NCBI GenBank assembly: GCA_963662465.1
Contig: OY759599.1
Coordinates: forward strand, 4,896,001-4,960,000
Direction of reading: 5' to 3'
From: Desulfatiglandales bacterium
GTDB taxonomy: Bacteria > Desulfobacterota > DSM-4660 > Desulfatiglandales > Desulfatiglandaceae
DNA length: 64,000 bases
Positions 57,881 to 64,000 of this stretch are shown piece after piece. The notes beneath the pieces were generated by a model, which ran no database searches, was not told the origin of the DNA, and saw only the letters and a program-made list of their open reading frames with translations. Every line of letters starts with the position of its first letter. Position 1 is the stretch's first letter. The position numbers were made by a program, and so were the translations under genes.

Positions 57881-59031
57881 TGCGAAAGGATTTTTTGCCG
57901 TTTTCACGACCGTCCATCACGGAAGAAGATATTTTGGCCGTGGGAGAAGTCCTCCGTTCTGGATGGATCACAACCGGTCCCAATGCCGCCGCCTTTGAGC
58001 GTGACTTTTGTGAATATGTGGGGTGCTCCCATGGGGTGGCCCTGGCATCGGCCACCGCCGGCATGCATCTTCTCCTGAAGGCCATGGACATCGGGCCGGG
58101 GGATGAAGTGATTACCCCGTCCATGACATGGGTCTCCACCGTGAATCTGATTGTTCTGGCCGGCGCCGTCCCTGTATTTGCCGACGTTGACCGGGACACC
58201 CTGATGGTTACCCCCGATACGGTAGCCCCCTGTTTTTCATCGAAAACCAGGGCGGTCATTCCCGTGCATTTTGCCGGTGCGGCGGCGGATATACAGGCGT
58301 TACGAAACCAGGCGGCTGAAAAGGGCGTGCCCTTGGTGGAAGATGCGGCCCATGCGCTGGGCACACACCATCAGGGACGTCATGTGGGGGCAACGGGGAC
58401 ATCCATATTCTCTTTTCACCCCATTAAAAACATCACCACCGGCGAGGGAGGCATGTTCTGCACCGACGACAAAACCCTGGCGGAACAAATCAGCCGACTG
58501 AAGTTTCATGGACTCGGCGTGGATGCTTACGACCGGCAAACCCAGGGCCGCTCACCCCAGGCCCAGGTGCTGGAACCGGGATACAAATACAATATGACCG
58601 ACATAGCCGCAGTGCTGGGACTGAGACAGCTTCATCGGGTAAATCAGTTCAACCGCAAAAGAAGCCAGCTGGCCGCCAGATACCATGAATGGCTGGCAGG
58701 CATTGACGAACTCCTGCCCCTCTCCATTCCGCGAGATACCACGCGGCATGCCTGGCACCTGTTTATTGTACGCCTTGACACGAACCGGGCCGGCATGAAC
58801 CGGGATGAATTCATGGAACGGCTGAAGGCCAAAAACATCGGCACAGGCCTCCATTTCCGTGCTGCGCACTTGCAGAAATACTACCGGGAATCCATGGGAA
58901 TGGCAAGTGGCGCGCTTCCCAATACCGAATGGAATTCCGACCGGATCTGTTCGCTTCCCCTTTTTCCCGATATGACCTTTGAAGATGTGGACTCCGTGGT
59001 GGAAGCCATCAAGGAACTCCTAACCCATTGA
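57880..59031 (+). CDS. arnB: UDP-4-amino-4-deoxy-L-arabinose aminotransferase
   Basis: Start [54 protein letters not shown]. Confidence 0.93.
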   Translation: MRKDFLPFSRPSITEEDILAVGEVLRSGWITTGPNAAAFERDFCEYVGCSHGVALASATAGMHLLLKAMDIGPGDEVITPSMTWVSTVNLIVLAGAVPVFADVDRDTLMVTPDTVAPCFSSKTRAVIPVHFAGAAADIQALRNQAAEKGVPLVEDAAHALGTHHQGRHVGATGTSIFSFHPIKNITTGEGGMFCTDDKTLAEQISRLKFHGLGVDAYDRQTQGRSPQAQVLEPGYKYNMTDIAAVLGLRQLHRVNQFNRKRSQLAARYHEWLAGIDELLPLSIPRDTTRHAWHLFIVRLDTNRAGMNRDEFMERLKAKNIGTGLHFRAAHLQKYYRESMGMASGALPNTEWNSDRICSLPLFPDMTFEDVDSVVEAIKELLTH

Positions 59032-59074
59032 TTCAGTAAGGACCGGCCCCCGTGCCTGCCCATTAGAAACCATT

Positions 59075-60130
59075 ATGGAAAATCAACAATCAACAATCAA
59101 CAATCAACAATCAAAGGTTTCCATTGTCATTCCCGTGTTCAACGAATCGGCAAACCTGAGCGAACTTCTCGTCCGTTGTCTTACGACCTGCAACCGGATG
59201 GACAGGGCCTTTGAAATTATTCTGGTGGATGACGGCAGTACGGATGGAAGCCGGGAAATGATTGAAGCGGCTGCAAACCAAACCCCCGGCATTATTATCG
59301 GGCTCCTTCTGAACCGGAATTACGGTCAACATTCCGCCATTATGGCCGGATTTGCACAGGCCGGGGGGGACATCATCGTTACCCTGGATGCGGATCTTCA
59401 GAACCCGCCCGAAGAAATCGTCAAACTGGTGCAAAAGGCCGAAGAAGGGTTCGATGTGGTGGGAAGCGTTCGCGTTCCCCGGCGGGACACTTTCTTCAGA
59501 AGGGCGGCGTCCCATATGGTCAACAAGGTGGTTCAGATGTCCACCGGCGTTCATATGCACGATTACGGGTGTATGCTGAGGGCCTATCGCCGTCATATTG
59601 TGTCAGCCATGCTTCAGTGCGGAGAGCGGAGCACCTTTATTCCCGTGCTGGCCAACAGCTTTGCCGGGCATACGGCCGAAGTGGATGTTCAGCATGCCGA
59701 GCGTTCCGCCGGGGATTCCAAATATAGTCTCTGGAAGCTCATCAACCTCCAGTTTGACCTGTTGACCGGCATGACCACCTTTCCCCTTCGCCTGCTGAAT
59801 GTTCTGGGCGTCGTTATTTCCGCCTTTGGCGTGGGATTCGGCCTCTTTTTGTTTCTGATGCGACTGATTTATGGCGCCGAATGGGCCGCGGCAGGGGTAT
59901 TTACCCTCTTTGCCATCCTGTTTATTTTTATCGGCGCCCAATTTCTGGCCATGGGCCTGCTGGGGGAATATATCGGGCGGATCTACAGCGATGTGCGGGC
60001 CCGTCCGCGGTATTTTATCGAGCGGGTCGTGGGAACCAACCCCCATGTCACTGAGGACAGAGGTCTGAAGACAGAGGTCAGAGGTCTGAGGTCAGAAATC
60101 GGAAATCGGGGATCGGAAATCGGAACGTAG
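59075..60130 (+). CDS. arnC: Undecaprenyl-phosphate L-Ara4FN transferase
   Basis: [55 protein letters not shown]. Confidence 0.93.
   Translation: MENQQSTINNQQSKVSIVIPVFNESANLSELLVRCLTTCNRMDRAFEIILVDDGSTDGSREMIEAAANQTPGIIIGLLLNRNYGQHSAIMAGFAQAGGDIIVTLDADLQNPPEEIVKLVQKAEEGFDVVGSVRVPRRDTFFRRAASHMVNKVVQMSTGVHMHDYGCMLRAYRRHIVSAMLQCGERSTFIPVLANSFAGHTAEVDVQHAERSAGDSKYSLWKLINLQFDLLTGMTTFPLRLLNVLGVVISAFGVGFGLFLFLMRLIYGAEWAAAGVFTLFAILFIFIGAQFLAMGLLGEYIGRIYSDVRARPRYFIERVVGTNPHVTEDRGLKTEVRGLRSEIGNRGSEIGT
59081..59114. repeat. Heptamer microsatellite (AATCAAC) ~5 copies at the arnC 5' end
   Basis: Read directly from the sequence. Confidence 0.85.
60051..60127. repeat. Eleven degenerate heptamers (CAGAGGT/CGGAAAT) at the arnC 3' end
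   Basis: 7-nt periodicity from 60051 up to the stop codon. Confidence 0.8.
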
Positions 60131-60152
60131 GGGCAGACCTGTGTGTCTGCCC
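60127..60152 (+). repeat. REP-like palindrome GTAGGGGCAGACCTGTGTGTCTGCCC
   Basis: Identical to the reverse complement of 56367-56392. Confidence 0.85.
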
Positions 60153-60190
60153 TTTGGCCCTGTACCCGCTTATTATATAAGGACATATTT

Positions 60191-62215
60191 ATGAAAACAA
60201 TAGTTCTGGCCTATCACAATATCGGCTGTACCGGCATCAAGGCGCTTTTGCGGAACGGTTTTGACATTGCAGCCGTGTTTACCCACAAGGATGATCCAAA
60301 GGAGGATATCTGGTTTGAGTCCGTGGCCGAACTGGCGGCACGGGAAAATATTCCGGTGTATGCCCCGGAAGATATCAACCATCCCCTCTGGGTTCAAAAG
60401 ATTCGTGATCTCGCCCCCCGGATGATATTTTCATTTTATTATCGGAACCTGGTGCGTACCCCCATTCTGGATATCCCCAGCCAGGGATGTCTGAACCTTC
60501 ATGGAAGCCTGCTGCCAAAATATCGGGGGAAATGCCCCATCAACTGGGTGCTGGTCAACGGTGAAAAGGAGACGGGGGTTACCCTTCATCACATGACCAC
60601 CCGGCCCGATGACGGCGATATCGTAGGGCAAATCAAAATCGAAATCGATGAAGATGATACGGCCCACTCTCTTCACAGCAAAGCGGCAACGGCGGCGGCG
60701 GAAATGCTGGATGAGATTCTTCCTGAATTGCGGACCGGCAAGGCCCCGAGAATTCCCCAGGAGCAGTCCCTAGCATCCTACTTCGGTGGACGCACCCCCG
60801 CTGACGGGGAGATTGACTGGGACATGCCCGCGTTCAAAGTCAGGAACCTGGTGCGAGCCGTGACACGCCCTTTTCCGGGGGCCTTCAGCCATATGGGTGA
60901 TCGAAAATGCTTTTTCTGGGCTGTAACGGAGGTCTCACGGGAAGAAGAGGCCAAACCGGGTACGGTACTTTCGCTGGATCCCCTGGTGGTTGCCTGCGGA
61001 AAAGGCGCTCTTAAACTTGAGGCCGGCCAGCGGGATGGAGACGTGTTCATGGGTGGCGCCCAACTGGCAGCCGATATGGGTCTTGTAGAAGGCATGAGTT
61101 TTGGAAAACGGGCCGGCGACCGAATCAGGTCTTCCAGAAAGAAACGGGTGCTGATTCTAGGGGTGGACGGCTTCATCGGGAATGCTCTGAGCGAGCGTCT
61201 GCTGGAAAGCGGGCGGTATGAAGTGCATGGAATGGATCTGCATTCCAAGTACATTCAGCGCCTTTTGGGCAGCCCCGGTTTTTATTTCGATGAGGGGGAC
61301 ATTTCCATCCACAGAGAGTGGATCGAATACCATATTCGAAAGTGCGACATCGTTCTTCCCCTGGTGGCCATTGCCACCCCCATCGAATATACGCGGAACC
61401 CGCTTCGTGTGTTTGAGCTGGATTTTGAAGAAAACCTGCGGGTGGTACGGTACTGCGTCAAATATGACAAACGGGTTATTTTTCCCTCCACCTCCGAAGT
61501 CTACGGCATGTGCGACGACATGGATTTTGACGAGGATAACTCCAGGTTGATCCTGGGGCCCATTCGCATGCAGCGATGGATCTATTCCTGCTGCAAGCAG
61601 TTGCTGGACCGGGTCATCTGGGCCTATGGTCAGCAGAAAGGGCTGAAATTCACTCTTTTCAGACCCTTCAACTGGATCGGTCCCCGGCTGGACAGTCTCA
61701 TGTCCGCCCGCATCGGTAGTTCCAGAGCCATTACCCAGCTGATTTTAAATCTGGTTGAGGGGACCCCCATACAACTGGTGGATGGCGGAAACCAGAAAAG
61801 ATGTTTTACGGACGTCACGGACGGGGTGGAATGCCTGTACCGGATTATCGAAAACAAGGGAAACTTTTGCGATGGTCGGATCATCAACATCGGAAACCCC
61901 GACAATGAGGCCAGCATTCGCGCTTTGGCGGAACTCCTGGTGTCCAAATTCAACCAGCACCCGCTGAAAGGACGATTCCCGCCCTTTGCCGGATTGCGGG
62001 AGGTGGAGAGCCGCGCCTATTACGGCGAGGGATACCAGGATATGGAACACCGAAAGCCCAGCATCCGCAATGCCAAACGCTTGTTGGACTGGGAACCTTC
62101 CGTACCCCTCGAGGCATCCGTTGCAGAAACTCTGGATTATTTTCTACGGGAGGCGATCCGTTCCGGGGATTTTGATATCATTGGGGATAATAATAACAGC
62201 AATCAGGATCTGTAG
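60191..62215 (+). CDS. arnA: Bifunctional UDP-L-Ara4N formyltransferase / UDP-GlcA decarboxylase
   Basis: [12 protein letters not shown] formyltransferase domain; [38 protein letters not shown]. Confidence 0.96.
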   Translation: MKTIVLAYHNIGCTGIKALLRNGFDIAAVFTHKDDPKEDIWFESVAELAARENIPVYAPEDINHPLWVQKIRDLAPRMIFSFYYRNLVRTPILDIPSQGCLNLHGSLLPKYRGKCPINWVLVNGEKETGVTLHHMTTRPDDGDIVGQIKIEIDEDDTAHSLHSKAATAAAEMLDEILPELRTGKAPRIPQEQSLASYFGGRTPADGEIDWDMPAFKVRNLVRAVTRPFPGAFSHMGDRKCFFWAVTEVSREEEAKPGTVLSLDPLVVACGKGALKLEAGQRDGDVFMGGAQLAADMGLVEGMSFGKRAGDRIRSSRKKRVLILGVDGFIGNALSERLLESGRYEVHGMDLHSKYIQRLLGSPGFYFDEGDISIHREWIEYHIRKCDIVLPLVAIATPIEYTRNPLRVFELDFEENLRVVRYCVKYDKRVIFPSTSEVYGMCDDMDFDEDNSRLILGPIRMQRWIYSCCKQLLDRVIWAYGQQKGLKFTLFRPFNWIGPRLDSLMSARIGSSRAITQLILNLVEGTPIQLVDGGNQKRCFTDVTDGVECLYRIIENKGNFCDGRIINIGNPDNEASIRALAELLVSKFNQHPLKGRFPPFAGLREVESRAYYGEGYQDMEHRKPSIRNAKRLLDWEPSVPLEASVAETLDYFLREAIRSGDFDIIGDNNNSNQDL

Positions 62216-62236
62216 GGTTTAGATCGGTTGGGTTCA

Positions 62237-63136
62237 ATGGAAATCGGCCTGCGTATTGACGTGGATACTTTGAGAGGAACACGCTTTGGGGTTCCCGCCC
62301 TGTGCAGCCTTCTGTTGAAACACGGCGTTTTCGCGTCATTTTTCTTTTCCGTGGGACCGGATAACATGGGCCGTCACCTGTGGCGGTTGATGCGGCCGGG
62401 TTTTTTGTGGAAAATGCTGAGAACCAAGGCCCCCGGACTCTACGGGTGGGATATCCTTTTGCGGGGGACCGCCTGGCCGGGACCGGTAATCGGTCGAAAG
62501 CTGCCCCACCTGATTGCCGCAACCGCCCGTGCCGGTCATGAAGTAGGGCTTCACGCGTGGGATCATCATGCCTGGCAGGCAAAGATCGACATGATGACGG
62601 TCGGGGATATTTCACATTCCCTGAACCGGGGGGTTGACGCCCTGACCCGAATCCTGGGGAAAATGCCGCTCTGTTCCGCCGTTCCCGGATGGAAATGCCG
62701 GGACCGGGTCCTCCTTAAAAAGGCCGATTTCCCTTTTGCCTACAATAGCGACTGCCGGGGGCGGAGTATCTTCTATCCGGTGGTGACGGGAAAAACCCTT
62801 TCTCAGCCCCAGATTCCCGTGACCCTGCCCACCTATGATGAGGCGGTTGGCCGGGGGGGGATCGACGATGGCAATTTCAATGAGTATATACTGTCGCTTA
62901 TCAACGACGCCCGACTGAATGTCCTGACCATCCATGCCGAGGTGGAGGGGATTAAATATCTGGATATGTTCGACCGTTTTCTAAAATCCGCCCGATCCAT
63001 GGGCGCAGACCTGGTTCCTTTAGGGTCATTGCTGAACAGCACCCACCCCATTGAAACAGCCGCCATCAAGCCCCGGGAGATTTCCGGCCGCGAGGGTTGG
63101 GTTGCCTGCCAGGAATCTTGGGATGGCGCCTGCTAA
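62237..63136 (+). CDS. arnD: Undecaprenyl-phosphate-L-Ara4FN deformylase
   Basis: GLRIDVDT.RGT, SVGPDNMGRHL, HEVGLHAWDH, TIHAEVEG. Confidence 0.93.
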   Translation: MEIGLRIDVDTLRGTRFGVPALCSLLLKHGVFASFFFSVGPDNMGRHLWRLMRPGFLWKMLRTKAPGLYGWDILLRGTAWPGPVIGRKLPHLIAATARAGHEVGLHAWDHHAWQAKIDMMTVGDISHSLNRGVDALTRILGKMPLCSAVPGWKCRDRVLLKKADFPFAYNSDCRGRSIFYPVVTGKTLSQPQIPVTLPTYDEAVGRGGIDDGNFNEYILSLINDARLNVLTIHAEVEGIKYLDMFDRFLKSARSMGADLVPLGSLLNSTHPIETAAIKPREISGREGWVACQESWDGAC

Positions 63137-63151
63137 CCCATGAAAATGGCA

Positions 63152-63598
63152 TTAATCCCATCCAACAGGTTCATATCCCTTTTCGCTTAAGCATTTGTTG
63201 ACGAAAATTTTATAGGCAGCGCTGGGTTCCGAGGCCCTGAAAAGTCCGTAAAACAAACCCACTGCCGCGCCGCTGGCCGCACCCGTTGCAACACCGCCTC
63301 CCACATTGCCGGAAATAGCGCCCCCAACCACGCCGCCGACCGCGCCCGCCGCTGCTCCGCCCGCTGTACTTTTGACAACCTTATCGCCCTGTTGGGGGGT
63401 TACACCGTATTCTTCAGCCATTTCCATGCATTTCCGGATATCGGCATCGGCCTGTTCCCTGCCCACATTTACCAAATAACCATTGGGATAAAGTACCGGT
63501 TTTTGAGAACACCCCGGCAAAAGGCCGAAAAGGGCGACCATCAGCAACGCGGCTTTCAACATGAATTTATTAAATGATAATGGATTCGAATGCATCAT
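63152..63598 (-). CDS. Glycine-zipper lipoprotein
   Basis: Lipobox LLPGC; PVLYPN; GAAAGAVGGVVGGA zipper; CLSEKGY. Confidence 0.8.
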   Translation of the reverse strand: MMHSNPLSFNKFMLKAALLMVALFGLLPGCSQKPVLYPNGYLVNVGREQADADIRKCMEMAEEYGVTPQQGDKVVKSTAGGAAAGAVGGVVGGAISGNVGGGVATGAASGAAVGLFYGLFRASEPSAAYKIFVNKCLSEKGYEPVGWD

Positions 63599-63660
63599 TT
63601 TTTCGTACTCCTTTCTATCACCTGGAAAATGTCTCAGACCGCTCTCTTGGTGTCAAGTGT

Positions 63661-63698
63661 CACAAAAAAGGGGTTGCAATTGCAACCCCTTTTTTGTG
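63661..63698. terminator. Perfect 38-bp palindrome, probable bidirectional intrinsic terminator
   Basis: CACAAAAAAGGGGTTGCAA|TTGCAACCCCTTTTTTGTG, 21 nt after the stop of the last gene. Confidence 0.8.
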
Positions 63699-63719
63699 CT
63701 GTAAATTTAAAATGAACGG

Positions 63720-64000
63720 TTACCCGTAGGTGAACCCTTCAGGCAAATCTTCCGCGGGAACGCCTTCCTTCACCCAGGACAAATCCGTGATGGTGTAGGT
63801 AGGGTTCACGGTCCTGAAAATGGGAACGACCTTCATGCCGATTTTTGGCTCTCCAATGGACAGATAACTCATCAGAATGGTGCTGACGCCGTCAAATTCC
63901 ACATTGATGAACTTGATGGGTTTGTCCAGGGTATTGAACGCGCCCGACCGTTCACAAACCATGAAGGTATGGATTTTTGCGGTGTTCTTGCAAACATCGG
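63720..64000 (-). CDS. DUF35-like OB-fold protein, 5'-truncated by the window edge
   Basis: Frame open to the window end (DVCKNTAKIHTFMVCER...VEFDGV...PKIGMKVVPIF). Confidence 0.6.
   Translation of the reverse strand, partial: DVCKNTAKIHTFMVCERSGAFNTLDKPIKFINVEFDGVSTILMSYLSIGEPKIGMKVVPIFRTVNPTYTITDLSWVKEGVPAEDLPEGFTYG

Noticed and set aside
57418..59031. 537-aa ORF suggesting an N-terminally extended ArnB
   Set aside because: The extension is an alternate frame overlapping the flippase gene; ArnB similarity starts at the ATG at 57880.

Overview
64 kb of chromosome from what looks like an anaerobic deltaproteobacterium (Desulfobacterota-like; inferred from gene content, not from a marker search). 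From start to end: (1) 1-12.5 kb is an accessory, compositionally mosaic island. It holds a C14 caspase-like protease, a CsgG-family lipoprotein, a DUF799-like protein and a split MacAB/TolC-type exporter interrupted by secreted-protein genes. Two paralogous exported proteins share a ~230-aa N-terminus ending in a Gly-zipper but have unrelated C-termini. The island abuts a truncated metallo-beta-lactamase gene and a perfect 32-bp palindrome. (2) 12.7-28 kb is a minus-strand housekeeping block: CoA-transferase/GNAT fusion, prmC, prfA, rpmE, rho, rluD, carD, hppA, pth, rplY, prs, tRNA-Gln nested in ispE, serA. (3) 28-35.4 kb is a variable region: three tandem heptad-repeat (FEQVDKR) membrane-anchored coiled-coil paralogues with 13/6/3 repeats, a hicBA pair (hicA is missing from the ORF track), a porin, an AAA/PD-(D/E)XK remnant, a fourth heptad protein and an FG-GAP protein. 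(4) 35.5-56 kb carries metabolic, envelope and chaperone genes, including a sigma54 promoter in front of a benzoate-CoA-ligase-family gene next to a two-component system. (5) 56-64 kb has a solitary DUF4338/DruA-like gene beside a REP doublet and an arn (L-Ara4N) operon lacking arnT. GTAG-type REP elements and heptamer microsatellites are scattered through the window. No rRNA, CRISPR array, transposase, integrase or prophage gene was seen. The best candidate for an undescribed system is the 1-12.5 kb caspase/CsgG/MacAB-TolC/polymorphic-protein island. All family assignments are by eye from motifs; no database searches were run.
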